This document shows, piece by piece, positions 26,391-39,125 of a stretch of DNA of 64,000 bases. Made by a program: the position numbers and the translations under genes. Source of the DNA: Octopus bimaculoides. Lineage: Eukaryota. The notes under the pieces were generated by a model. The model was not told the DNA's origin. It searched no databases and saw only the letters and a list, made by a program, of their open reading frames with translations. Position 1 is the stretch's first letter. Each line of letters begins with the position of its first letter. The stretch covers positions 33,276,997-33,340,996 of the forward strand of contig NC_068984.1 in NCBI RefSeq assembly GCF_001194135.2, given 5' to 3'.

Positions 26391-28339
26391 NNNNNNNNNN
26401 NNNNNNNNNNNNNNNNNNNNNNNNNNNNNNNNNNNNNNNNNNNNNNNNNNNNNNNNNNNNNNNNNNNNNNNNNNNNNNNNNNNNNNNNNNNNNNNNNNNN
26501 NNNNNNNNNNNNNNNNNNNNNNNNNNNNNNNNNNNNNNNNNNNNNNNNNNNNNNNNNNNNNNNNNNNNNNNNNNNNNNNNNNNNNNNNNNNNNNNNNNNN
26601 NNNNNNNNNNNNNNNNNNNNNNNNNNNNNNNNNNNNNNNNNNNNNNNNNNNNNNNNNNNNNNNNNNNNNNNNNNNNNNNNNNNNNNNNNNNNNNNNNNNN
26701 NNNNNNNNNNNNNNNNNNNNNNNNNNNNNNNNNNNNNNNNNNNNNNNNNNNNNNNNNNNNNNNNNNNNNNNNNNNNNNNNNNNNNNNNNNNNNNNNNNNN
26801 NNNNNNNNNNNNNNNNNNNNNNNNNNNNNNNNNNNNNNNNNNNNNNNNNNNNNNNNNNNNNNNNNNNNNNNNNNNNNNNNNNNNNNNNNNNNNNNNNNNN
26901 NNNNNNNNNNNNNNNNNNNNNNNNATATATATATATATATATATACATATATCTGTGTGTGTTTGTGTGTGTGTGTATACATATCTTCACACGCACACAA
27001 AAGTTTCGAAAGGCTCAAGGGAGGACATAATGGGAGGTTTTAATCTTTGTGCGTGTAGAAAAGCGTCAGAAATTATCTACATGTTATCAATTTTCTTGTG
27101 TTCTTTCTTCTAATTCTATTTTTTCTCATGTTTCTTTCTCTCATACTTGTTTTCTGGTGTTTCAAATTTCCGGGTCTTGACATAAAATGTTAGTGCATTT
27201 AAAATCAAATAAAAAAAAAAAAAGAAAGAAGAATTCAAGAGACTGTTGAAATTATTGTGTGATCTTACTTTGTACAGAAAAAAAAATTGATAACTCATTC
27301 AGAACAAGAAATAATAAAAGCACGAATCGTGTAAAGCGTGCTTTGTGTATAAAGGTCGATGCCAAAAAGGAGAAAATAAATAGTGATACAAAGAAGTAGA
27401 ACTAAAGAACTGAAAAACTAATATCAGATAAAACAGTAAAGTGGGCATCGATGGAATTGAATAGAGATGAACTGCTAGAAAATATTATGAGCAAGTTGAA
27501 GGTGATTGGAAAAAAGTTCAAGATACTACTGCAGAACACAGTCGATATCGTACTATCAAATATTGAATCTAAAATATATTAAAACAGATTTATAACGTGA
27601 TTTAGTCCTTCTTAATGTTACAATTCACTTATATAACTTTGTGATTAACTGCTTTAGTTTTACTGTTATTTACTTCTTTTATTTCTTTTTAAGTTCTTTA
27701 ACAAAGATGTGCACTATAGATAAGAAGTTTAAGAGTATCGCACGTGTTAAGTACTTGACTTCATGGGCAAAAGAATTTATTTTGACACTTGCTAGTAGGA
27801 TGCTCAAAGCATTTTAATCTATTATTCATAGCACAGAGAAATCGAGTAACTATTTCACTCGGCAAAATTTAATTTAAATATACAATCAAGTTGAATTTGA
27901 CACAGTATCTCTGAAGGTGAATCATTTGTTTGAGATCCTGTGATATTGCCGTTTCCGTGTAATATGAAACGAAATCACGTTCGTATAATATTACCGACAT
28001 ATTCCAGAGTTAAGTATTCTAAACCAAAACAATGGCATTAATCACCGTAATTCAAGAACACACACACACGCGCACGCACACGCACACACGCACACTCACA
28101 CGCACACACATACACACATAATCACAATGATAAAAGATATAAAAATCAGTCAGAGCTAACGGAGGCATTTATATATGTACGTATATAAAATGCCTTCGAA
28201 TTTTCATAAGGGAATGAGATGAAAGACTTGTTAATTCATCTAATCTTCTTTGTGTGTGTTGCTATTGGTGAATCGACATCCGATTGATATATATGCATAC
28301 GTACGTATATACATGCATGCATTCATACATACAGCCGTA

Positions 28340-28590
28340 ACTACTTGCCTACCTACCTACATACCTACCTAGGTACCTACCTACCTACCCACCTCCCTAG
28401 GTGCCTACCTACCTACCTACCTACCTATATACATACATACATACATACATACGTACACACATACCTACCGACCTTGTTACCTACCTACCTACCAACAAAC
28501 ATACATACATACATACAACATACTTGCGTACATACATATATATACACACATACGTACGTACATACATATGTATGTATGCACGTACGTACA
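28340..28590. repeat. Compound (CCTA)n/(CATA)n microsatellite
   Basis: Direct reading; source of the PTYL/IHTY ORFs. Confidence 0.9.
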
Positions 28591-29345
28591 TAAATACATA
28601 TCTCAGTTCAATAAATGGGAGTTAGACGGAAAATATGTACTGGAGATTAAGGTATCATTTGATAAATAGTAGGCTTTCCCTAAAATCCAGTGTGATGTCT
28701 GATGAATCAAGCAATATCTATGAAAGCCTGCATCTCTCAATACAACAACTAAACTCATTAGGGTTAGTCAGATGCATTGTATGGATATGTTGTAGTTCAG
28801 AAATATTAATAACTGCAGTGCATAAAGAAATGGTGATAACATAATCCCGACAAGTTAACTAGGGAGCAACTACTCCGCAGCAAGTGTAATGTGAGGTGTT
28901 AATTTGATTTCTGCAACTTTTAGAATAGGTAAGAAAAAAAAAAAGGAATTTGTTTTGGGTTCTTGTGAAGTAAAGTATGGCGTTATTGGTGATGGTTTAT
29001 TTTATGAAAATACGAAATTGTTCTTTTCTACACTCTGAGCTAAAACCGAAAACAAAATGGAATATTAGAAATAAAAATGAAAAAATTGCCAAGACACTAA
29101 TCATTTCCTGTCTGAATTAGGTTCCAAATTTTTATTTCCTTCTACGTAGATCTTTTAATGTTAGGAAATGGTGTAGAAATGGGAGTGTTATGTTTTAAAA
29201 TGTTTAAGGAAACGACACGTTAAATATATAAATCTATGAAATATCGCATGCATATGTGTGCGTGTGTTTTTGTGTGTATGGTTACATATATCTATGTGTG
29301 TGTATGTATGTATATGTGTGTGAATATGTATATATATATGTACAA

Positions 29346-29376
<31 letters not shown>

Positions 29377-29869
29377 ACTTTTATANNNNNNNNNNNNNNN
29401 NNNNNNNNNNNNNNNNNNNNNNNNNNNNNTATATATATATATATATATGTACATGTATGTAGGTATGTATGTATATGTATGTATATATACCATACTATTT
29501 CCAAGTTATTTCGTTTATTATGGCGATATCACTTCTAATTTCATTTTAGCACTTATATTTCTGATTTTCACTTTCACAAATTTCCTCATCGTTATATTAC
29601 CAATTTCTTCCGATGACATACTATTTATATATTTTCCTTTCTTCTGACGTTTTATCATCTTCATTATACAGTGCGTCTTTATATGTCCGATATTACCACA
29701 ACTAAAGCACTCAGTTTTCCTGAAGTGTGTATCTCCACATGCAAAACATGGGTTTATTTCCTGATTTTTGTCGTGAATTTTTAGTAAACACTTTATCTCT
29801 ATTCTGATTATTTTGCATTTGCTTTACTTGGAAATAAACTTACTTTCAATTCAAGCATCTTAATTTCAC

Positions 29870-30772
29870 TATCCTTTCACATTCTTCTGAAACTTGCTGT
29901 TCGGTTACATCCTCGTTTAGTTCCAGCTTTGCGAGAATTCTAGTTCTAACATTTGCGTCCTTTTCGGCAGTAATTCCCTGAGCAAAACTCACGTATTTAA
30001 ACATATCTGACGTTTATTCGTCCCGCTTAAATGGCTCGCATCCCTTATTTACTCTACGAGCGTATATGATGTAGTCCTCCTCATTGTTTTTCTTTATGTT
30101 CAGACACTTCCGTCGGGTGTTCAACAATGAGCTTTTTACATTGAAAATTTTGCACAATGCATCTATTGTGTCATTAAAGTTTACGTCCGAAGGTTTTCTT
30201 GGAAGTAAATAATTACTTTATCATTCATGTCCTGTTGCCGCCGCCAGTTTTCTCAAGATTAAGCGCGTTTTCATCTTGTCGTCTCAGTCTTTACGTTCAT
30301 TCTCTTGGATTTGCTTATATATTCTTCAGTATGCTTCGTATGTAACTCCTTCTTCATGTTCGTATCTCAACTTTGTTACGGAGTTCGCGATACATTGTAA
30401 CGAGAACACTTTTTTCTGAAGTTCCTAACGACTTCATTAATTGCAGCATTTTTTGCTGTAATAGTAATTATTGTTGTTGTTGTACTTTCAATTGTTGTTG
30501 CTTCAGCTGTTGTTCTGGAAGTTGTAGCTGGTACTATGGTCGTTCTTCTAGTTGCTATTGTTGCTGTGTTTGCAACTCGAGCAAACCAGCCAAGAAATTT
30601 TCTATAATTTTACGAATTTTTTCCGTAAAATTCGCACAACAAAAACTTGGTGAGTTTGTTAACCTCTCGTAAGTTGTTAATTCATCGTTAAGTTTATGAA
30701 CTCCACGTGAGTTGCTTCAAACCTCATCGTGTCTATTAATTCCTCGTGAGTTGTTTAAATCCTTGTCGCCAA
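29870..30772 (-). mobile_element. Ty3/Gypsy LTR retrotransposon internal 5' region: PBS, repeat-rich 5' UTR and decayed gag
   Basis: PBS-like TTGGCGACAAGGA (30772-30760) lies directly after the LTR end. The gag reads as a Q-rich N-terminus, then VANSVTKLRYEHEEGVTYEAY...LRKLAAA...YLLPRKPSDVNFNDTIDALCKIF..SSLLNTRRKCLNI...FKY..FAQGI...DANVRTRILAKLE, typical of K02A2.6-like Gypsy gag. Confidence 0.85.
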
Positions 30773-31102
30773 TGTTTAATCCTTAAAATTTTGGGATTGT
30801 TATAACGCCCATGTTGGTATGCAGTACTACGTACTCCGGTGCTTCACGTACTTCTCTTTACTTATAGTGACTAGTTTATTCCATTCATTACGTGCGATGG
30901 GGGTACCATTATTACTAATTCCCTACAACAATATATCAATATATTACCGACGTCACAAGGGTGTTTGCGATAGTGAGTCATACGTAGCTATGCCTGTGGT
31001 GTAATTATATTGATCAACACGCATTGGCCGTCCTCCCATTCCAAAGTGCAATAATTATAGATCTAATTCGCTTCGATATTTTTCTAACCTACAAACGTAA
31101 CA
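30773..31102 (-). mobile_element. Putative 5' LTR (~330 bp) of the Gypsy remnant
   Basis: On the minus strand it begins TGTTACG and ends ...ttaaaCA immediately before the PBS, with an internal AATAAA. The start boundary is inferred from the TG motif only. Confidence 0.6.
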
Positions 31103-31558
31103 AGATTTCATAGGGCCCATCTCCCCATCCCTAAATATTCTTACGTAATAACCATTTTTATTTCTCACCAGACTTACCACGGTAAGCTTAGGAAATGCGT
31201 ATTCTTTTGGATCTTAGAAAAAAAAAATCTTAGTATGATTTAATATGTAGGCGTGTTAGCGTGATTGTGCGCATGCATATGCACTGTGCGGATATGGGTG
31301 TGTAAACATATACACATACACACACACACACACAGAAATACACATACACGCGCACAAACATATATGTATGTATGGTATAAAAGGTGCATTTAACAACCTG
31401 TATTTGGTGTAGGGTTTAGTCGTATAAACTTATTTTGAAATACGTTTAGACTTCCTAAAGTATTCACACTCATGATCTAGCAGGTAACCTACTTCAAAAA
31501 CCGCGAATCATAAATAAAGAATAACTTAAAGATTAGTTCATACACACACACACACACG

Positions 31559-31589
<31 letters not shown>

Positions 31590-32669
31590 GCACGTGCGCA
31601 CATACACACATATACATATACATACACACAAACTCACTCACAAGCATATGCATATACAAGTATCCGTGTATGCATGTGTGTTTGAGGTTACAAACGACAG
31701 TGAAAATTTCGCAACACACCGTTGAAAAATNNNNNNNNNNNNNNNNNNNNNNNNNNNNNNNNNNNNNNNNNNNNNNNNNNNNNNNNNNNNNNNNNNNNNN
31801 NNNNNNNNNNNNNNNTATATATATATATATATATGTATTCATATATATTGCAAATCATATAATGACCTGTGTGAAAATAGCAGAATTTGAAAGAAGTAAT
31901 ATTAACGTTTATAATCGGGGTACAGAAAATATATTTGTGGCGAAAATAGAGAATGTAATATTCATACCTTATTGATACGTATGAAAATATCCTTTATCTA
32001 TTTATTCGTTAGCATACTTTAATCTCTCCATCCATACACTTTTACTTTCTTCTTTTTGAGAACATCAAATTCTATTGGAATGCTTTTGAAGTAATTCTAA
32101 ATTCATCTATTATTTGAAACTGAAAACTTGCAAGAAAGAGACATTATGCAAATGAGTTTGTTATACCAAGTTTCTTCCGAAATATATCGAATGAATATGT
32201 CAGCAACAATTGCAGCAATAAAGCCGACGTCGGTTATATGGCTTTGATTGAGACACTAGCTTGTGTATTATAGAAAAAAAAATGCTGATTTTGATATATT
32301 CCTGGCTGTCTGAATGCCATTATTTGCGCAAAAATTAAAATAAAACGCAAACAAGAGTTTTCTATGTCACAGACTTTGTTCGGCAGTGTGGTTCAAGGAG
32401 ATTTGTGCTCAATTTAAATATTGGCGAATAGCCATATCTTTTATAAGACTCGTTTCATTAAGTGTACTTGAGTATAATGATAGTTATTATTCTACCAACC
32501 CACATATAATGGAATATAATGTCAATCTACTAAGGTTTGACATCAGAACCTAATGAAGCATAAATATAAATACTTTAACTTATTTTACCCAATCTTCTCT
32601 TTAACAACAACATCAACAACAACAGCAATAACAATAACAAGCAGAGGAGCACCATTAGCAGCAACAAAA

Positions 32670-32825
32670 TTATTCTCAAATTTCGGCACAGACCCAGCAG
32701 CATTTGAGCTGAAGGCATCATCTTCAGACTCAACTGGTACTTATTCTATCGACCCGAATGACGAAAAGCAAAGTGACGCTTTAAGAAAGAAGAAATAACG
32801 CCAGACGTTTTCTCCGGCGTGCTAC
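32670..32825 (-). mobile_element. SINE family C, degenerate
   Basis: ctcaaatttcggcacag...ctcaactggtacttattctatcgaccc...ggcgtgcta, shared with 56280-56490. Confidence 0.7.
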
Positions 32826-32841
32826 ATGTTCAGCACTACTG

Positions 32842-32940
<99 letters not shown>

Positions 32941-34275
32941 GAGCAGTACAGTATATTCACTGGGTTATTTGCAAAAACTTAGACCTGCCCATGCTAAAAA
33001 CTGGTGGGAACACAAACCACCTCCAATGCCTGAAAATTACCACATCTCATTCCTCTGGAACTTCACTGACATTATATTGAAAGACTTCAGACAAAAACCA
33101 TGTCACCTCATCGCTATGACTANNNNNNNNNNNNNNNNNNNNNNNNNNNNNNNNNNNNNNNNNNNNNNNNNNNNNNNNNNNNNNNNNNNNNNNNNNNNNN
33201 NNNNNNNNNNNNNNNNNNNNNNNNNNNNNNNNNNNNNNNNNNNNNNNNNNNNNNNNNNNNNNNNNNNNNNNNNNNNNNNNNNNNNNNNNNNNNNNNNNNN
33301 NNNNNNNNNNNNNNNNNNNNNNNNNNNNNNNNNNNNNNNNNNNNNNNNNNNNNNNNNNNNNNNNNNNNNNNNNNNNNNNNNNNNNNNNNNNNNNNNNNNN
33401 NNNNNNNNNNNNNNNNNNNNNNNNNNNNNNNNNNNNNNNNNNNNNNNNNNNNNNNNNNNNNNNNNNNNNNNNNNNNNNNNNNNNNNNNNNNNNNNNNNNN
33501 NNNNNNNNNNNNNNNNNNNNNNNNNNNNNNNNNNNNNNNNNNNNNNNNNNNNNNNNNNNNNNNNNNNNNNNNNNNNNNNNNNNNNNNNNNNNNNNNNNNN
33601 NNNNNNNNNNNNNNNNNNNNNNNNNNNNNNNNNNNNNNNNNNNNNNNNNNNNNNNNNNNNNNNNNNNNNNNNNNNNNNNNNNNNNNNNNNGCAAAAACTT
33701 AGACCTGCCCATGCTAAAAACTGGTGGGAACACAAACCACCTCCAATGCCTGAAAATTACCACATCTCATTCCTCTGGAACTTCACTGACATTATATTGA
33801 AAGACTTCAGACAAAAACCATGTCACCTCATCGCTATGACTACCCCAATCGACAAAAATGTATCTGTCAAGACCTACCAAAAAACGGAGCAAGTATAAAG
33901 GTATTGAAATAGAAATTGGCAAAATGTGAGACCCCAAGACTAAACCAATACCTGTTGTCCTAGGTGCCCTAGGAATGATAGCAAAAGTGGTTGATTGCTA
34001 CCTAGTTCAGATACTTGCAAATTAAAAAGTGGCAGAATTTTTTTTTTAAATAGTGCGCATGGGAACTGCCCATATACTACAGAAAGCACTGCTTCTGTAA
34101 TCTCAAGTGTTAACACCAAATTTTAATTTTCGTGTGTTTTCTTGAACATTCACTACAACAATAATTTGTGCAAAACCATAGCACCAACTTGAACTTCAAA
34201 CTTGTTGCCACTTGAGGTCTCTGGCTGAGACTTGGAGTCAACTTGTACAAATGCAAAGCAAAAGTCAAACATAAA
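32941..34275 (+). mobile_element. 5'-truncated R4/Dong-like retrotransposon inserted in (AAT)n (spans a gap with duplicated flanks)
   Basis: RAVQYIHWVICK...WWEHKPP...DIILKD...SKYKGIEIEI...IPVVLGALG...GTAHILQKAL*, then a 3' UTR. (AAT)n tracts lie at both ends (32880-32940 and 34273-34377). Confidence 0.9.
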
Positions 34276-34298
34276 ATAATAATAATAATAATGATAAT

Positions 34299-34361
<63 letters not shown>

Positions 34362-34870
34362 TATAATGATAATAATATTTTAAAAGGATTGACGTAACTC
34401 CTCACAAAAGTAAACAGTCAAGACGAAGAGCGCGATTCGATTTTTATAGATATTTTATTGGTTGAACGATATTTCGACAGCAAGCCAGTCTTGTTGAGTT
34501 CAAAATAAGAAGTGATAAAAATTCAAAATTATTGTAATCTGAATTTAAAATATGAACGAGGGCAACCGGCGTCCACACGTTGACAGAATGACATCATCAG
34601 TCTTTACGGTTCAATTTAGTAACAGCCGAAAAGAAAAAAAGACAGAAACAAAGAAGAAAAAAAAAAGGAAATAAAGACGAATATTTAATGAAACTCTTTT
34701 GTATAAATTTGATGATATTCTCCTGTCATATTATTCTTTCCTCCAGGGTGTGATATTAATAACCCGCAAACATATTTCTACTCATGCATTTTGAGAATTA
34801 AAAAATATTTTCTGAGAATATGCATTTTCAAATCTTTTTCAAAATTGCATCCGTTTGAAGTTAAATGTTA

Positions 34871-34904
34871 TTTTGCTTAACGTCATATTTTGCTTGACGT
34901 CATA
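34871..34904. promoter_or_regulatory. 17-bp tandem duplication containing a consensus CRE (TGACGTCA at 34895-34902)
   Basis: ttttgcttaacgtcata followed by ttttgcttgacgtcata. Function unknown. Confidence 0.3.
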
Positions 34905-35164
34905 TCTGTTCCCATTAAATATTTTTTGTTAATTAGTCTATTGTACAAGCATCATAAATCAAGTTGTGCTTCATGCATTCTGCTGCGTACATTAAATGGG
35001 AATCTCTACATTTTCCACATTCTGTATAAATCATAACATTTCTGTTATGATTCCTGATGGAATTCACTTGACTCGTGTTGTTGCACAATGGGCAACAAGA
35101 GGACTTACCTGTCTTGCGGCTGTATTTCAAGGTACAGCGTTCAGATATTCCAATGTTCGTTTCC

Positions 35165-35504
35165 TTAGAGTCAGGAAGAACCCGTGCCGCTCGAAACATT
35201 TCGCACGACCCATTGCCTCATTGCCGTAAGCTTACCAAAGCATGCTCAATATTTCTGCAGCAGACTCCAAATTTAACGCAAAAAATTTCACGTTGGCTCT
35301 TTCTTCCAGCTTCCTGTCCATGATAAAATTGCAGACTACAGAATATACGTGATCACCAAAACAAACAAAAACATTGACAAGTTGCGAAGTAATCACAGCA
35401 ATTTCACTCGACACACTGCTTCATGAAATTCACTGCAAGCTCTCATTGTGCACGCAACCGTGTGCTGCAATCTGTTGGCGCAACGTTTTGTGCACAACCT
35501 CATA
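35165..35504 (-). mobile_element. Mariner-like transposon 5' half (left TIR, 5' UTR, transposase N-terminus)
   Basis: Minus strand TA|TGAGGTTGTGCACAAAACGTTGCGCC. ATG at 35321 gives MDRKLEERANVKF..SAAEILSMLW*AYGNEAMGRAKCFE (mariner HTH region). Confidence 0.85.
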
Positions 35505-36149
35505 CTATAGTATAACCTTAGAAAGTTTCTCATTATTCCAACCATAGTTTGTTAAGTGTAAATAAGAAGCACTTGAGAGTGAAAGAAATGGTAGTAATTT
35601 AAAGTTATCTATTAATAATTACAATCTAATTTCACATTCCTTTGAAATTATTCAAAGCAGCCACAATAATGTCAGCATGATTTCTTAGGTTGCGTTCTAG
35701 TCACGCTGTTTATAAAAAGATCTTCCATTCTAGCTGTTTTAATTGATGCGTGTTATAACGGTGCTCCTTCGTTTAGAGATGGATATCAGTTCACCTAATC
35801 ACACAAAGCACATTTCATATGCACTCGCTCACGACCATTTGTCTGGCATTCGTAATCGAGGCTCCTGATTTTCTGTGTAAATATGCGTATGTGTTTGAGT
35901 GTGTGTGTGTGTGTAAGAGAGAGAGAGAAGGGAGAGAGAGAAAGAGAGGGAGAAAAAGAGGGAGAAAGAGGACTGTGTGTGTGTGCGCTTGTAGTGGTGT
36001 ACCTATAGTCAGTTCAATATGTAACACAGTAAAGTAATATAACCCTTTCCAAGGGCACCTGGAATTTTTTCTGTTCCTACAACACTATGCTTCCAGGTTT
36101 TCTCCAATCTGCAGGTTACTCTTTCATTTGCAGAATTAGGATGCAGTTT

Positions 36150-37760
36150 CAGAGTTTTATTTGAGTGGAACGTTATAGAATACACGAAATAGGCTTTACC
36201 CTTCAGAAACTCCGTACCATGAAACCATTTCTTAACAGTATGCTATATGTGTCTGTATTGTGATTCACTGTAACCGTATTTGACATAATGATGTACAAGA
36301 TCATTTGCATGTTTCCAGTAATCCCCTATGTCAGTACAAATCCGTTTAACCTCAAAAATTGGGATTTCGGATTTGACCACATCATTGATGTGAATGATCG
36401 GAGCGGCGGTGGAGATAAATTTCCAATAACGTGGGCTTGCAAAATAAATCTACCACTATTCTGCTTTCAGAAAAGTTAACTTTTGTGTCAAAAAANNNNN
36501 NNNNNNNNNNNNNNNNNNNNNNNNNNNNNNNNNNNNNNNNNNNNNNNNNNNNNNNNNNNNNNNNNNNNNNNNNNNNNNNNNNNNNNNNNNNNNNNNNNNN
36601 NNNNNNNNNNNNNNNNNNNNNNNNNNNNNNNNNNNNNNNNNNNNNNNNNNNNNNNNNNNNNNNNNNNNNNNNNNNNNNNNNNNNNNNNNNNNNNNNNNNN
36701 NNNNNNNNNNNNNNNNNNNNNNNNNNNNNNNNNNNNNNNNNNNNNNNNNNNNNNNNNNNNNNNNNNNNNNNNNNNNNNNNNNNNNNNNNNNNNNNNNNNN
36801 NNNNNNNNNNNNNNNNNNNNNNNNNNNNNNNNNNNNNNNNNNNNNNNNNNNNNNNNNNNNNNNNNNNNNNNNNNNNNNNNNNNNNNNNNNNNNNNNNNNN
36901 NNNNNNNNNNNNNNNNNNNNNNNNNNNNNNNNNNNNNNNNNNNNNNNNNNNNNNNNNNNNNNNNNNNNNNNNNNNNNNNNNNNNNNNNNNNNNNNNNNNN
37001 NNNNNNNNNNNNNNNNNNNNNNNNNNNNNNNNNNNNNNNNNNNNNNNNNNNNNNNNNNNNNNNNNNNNNNNNNNNNNNNNNNNNNNNNNNNNNNNNNNNN
37101 NNNNNNNNNNNNNNNNNNNNNNNNNNNNNNNNNNNNNNNNNNNNNNNNNNNNNNNNNNNNNNNNNNNNNNNNNNNNNNNNNNNNNNNNNNNNNNNNNNNN
37201 NNNNNNNNNNNNNNNNNNAATAAATCTACCACTATTCTGCTTTCAGAAAAGTTAACTTTTGTGTCAAAAAATTCAACACTAGTTTTTGAAAAAGTTAACG
37301 TAAATCTTATGTTGGACTTACAGCTATAATTTTTATCATAACAGTCACAGAAATGCAAGAAGTCAATTAAATTATTCTGTGATACTTCCCAGACAAAAAA
37401 AGACGTCATCAATGAACCGTAACCAAATTATTGGTTCATGAGGGTGAAGGGATTTGAATGTGTTCAGTAGCTGTGTCTCGAATTTCGCCATGAAGACATT
37501 AGCGAAGTTACCTGCCATGGGAATACCCAAGGCGCAGCCCCTCATCTGGTGATAAAATCCTTATTCAAATAATCTACAGATAAAATTTGATGGAATACTT
37601 TTGTTTGAACTCGGAGGCATACATGCATTTTTCTTCCCCTTCATCGCGATCAATATTAGAATATAAGTAAGAAACATCCACAGTTAACGAAAAACAGTTT
37701 TCGGCACGGCCTCGGTGCTTCAAAAAATCGCCACGGCAGTTTATGACGGTATTTACATAG
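36150..37760 (-). mobile_element. Penelope-like element reverse transcriptase, decayed (spans a gap)
   Basis: FSLTVDVSYLYSNID...YHQMRGCALGIPMAGNFANVFM...IWLRFIDDVFFVW...SVEFFDTKV...VDLFCKPT...YLHRRSDH...VKRICTD. These are Penelope-type RT motifs (GTAMG, YIDD, DLYxKPT equivalents). Confidence 0.85.
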
Positions 37761-38334
37761 CAAAACATGTAAACCCTACAGAATCAGCACTCTTTCTTAC
37801 TGGTATGAACATCATCCTGAGCCAGTCATTGAAGGTAAAACTGTCACTACCTTCTAGAATTTTCCAATCAACACCGACAGAACGACCCAGGCGAATCGAC
37901 CAGACATAGTCAATAAAGACAGAAAATGAAATGCTTGAAGGCGAATAGATGTAAGTGTTCCAACTGGTGAAGATGTTTCTGTAAAGGAATTTGACAATTG
38001 AAGTAAATGTAACGACCTGGAAATTGAAATACAAAAGTTGTGTCATCTAAAAGCGAGAACTGTTCCTTTTATAGTGGGTGCCCTTTGTATAAGAAAAGCA
38101 TGTCACTAACATCTTAATAATATCCCAGGAGAACAATGTCACAGAGAATTTCAAAAGATTGCGTTGACAAGAACTGTCTACATCCTTAGCAAAAAAACCT
38201 ATCAATTTAAATGCATGTGTTGTATTATATGAAGATATTTCGCTACTGCCCCTGCCGCTTCCCCTCCACAAGCTGTTACTTATCATCCTTATTCGTCACT
38301 CACTCTAGATGGCTGGGTGTGTTTCTCCGTCTGA

Positions 38335-38335
<1 letters not shown>
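37760..38335 (+). mobile_element. 3' end of an R4/Dong-like retrotransposon with a (TAG)n tail
   Basis: YWYEHHPEPVIEGKTVT..FPINTDRTTQANRPDIV..IDVSVP..KEFD..KCNDLEIEIQK..VPFIVGAL..FQKIALTRTVYIL. The UTR ends at (TAG)n 38336-38402. Confidence 0.9.
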
Positions 38336-38403
<68 letters not shown>

Positions 38404-38585
38404 AAAGCATTCGGAGAAGCAGCAGTAGCAGAAGGAGAAGAAGAAGAAGAAGAAGAAGAAGNNNNNNNNNNGAGGAGGAGGAGGAGGAGGAGGGTAAGAA
38501 GAAGAAGAAGAAGAAGACGAAGAAGAAGAAGAAGAAGAAGAAGAAGAAGAAGAAGAAGAAGAAGAAGAAGAAGAAGAAGAAGAAA
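38336..38585. repeat. (TAG)n, (GAG)n and (GAA)n microsatellite cluster
   Basis: Direct reading; source of the poly-V/R/E/K ORF. Confidence 0.95.
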
Positions 38586-38699
38586 TATTTGTTACGCCTG
38601 AAAATATATCTAAATGCTTAAGCTTTTGTTTCGGAAACCTGCGTATTAGGTGGTGGTCAACAATTCTGGCTTAAAAATATGACAGAGAAAACATTTTTT

Positions 38700-38900
38700 A
38701 ATATACAACGACAGAGAAACGAGGTGAAGTCGGTATTTATAGACCTATTAGAAGCTTACCATTGCTTTGAGAAATATTAACTGAGATCGGAACAGATGAA
38801 TTGTGTAGCATTCTGGAGAAAAATATATTACCAGAAGAGCAAAACAGATGATGAAAGTTGAGAGGAAGCTACCGATCTCTTCTATATCGATATAATGATA
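38700..38900 (+). mobile_element. Decayed RT-domain fragment of an R4/Dong-like element
   Basis: GIYRPIRSLPLL*EILTEIGTDELCSILEKNILPEEQ resembles the YRPITCLP...LPEEQKG motif. Confidence 0.6.
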
Positions 38901-39052
38901 TTAAGCTCACTTAATAACATTCTTATTTCTAGCTCACAAATAAGGAAGGACTGTTGGTTAGATATAATACGAGGAAACCTACGACAATATTTCATATTAG
39001 TATTCCTTAAGGCTTTTCTAGAACACTCGAGGCCAATGAAACAAATAAGTCA

Positions 39053-39125
<73 letters not shown>

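Noticed and set aside
32970-33843. Exact ~150-bp direct repeat giving a duplicated QKLRPAHAKNWWEHKPP peptide
   Set aside because: The two copies are identical and directly flank the N gap; this is the signature of unmerged contig overlap, not a real duplication.
36445-37271. Identical ~50-bp sequence on both sides of a gap within the Penelope RT
   Set aside because: Scaffolding overlap artefact; the RT frame is continuous once the copies are merged.
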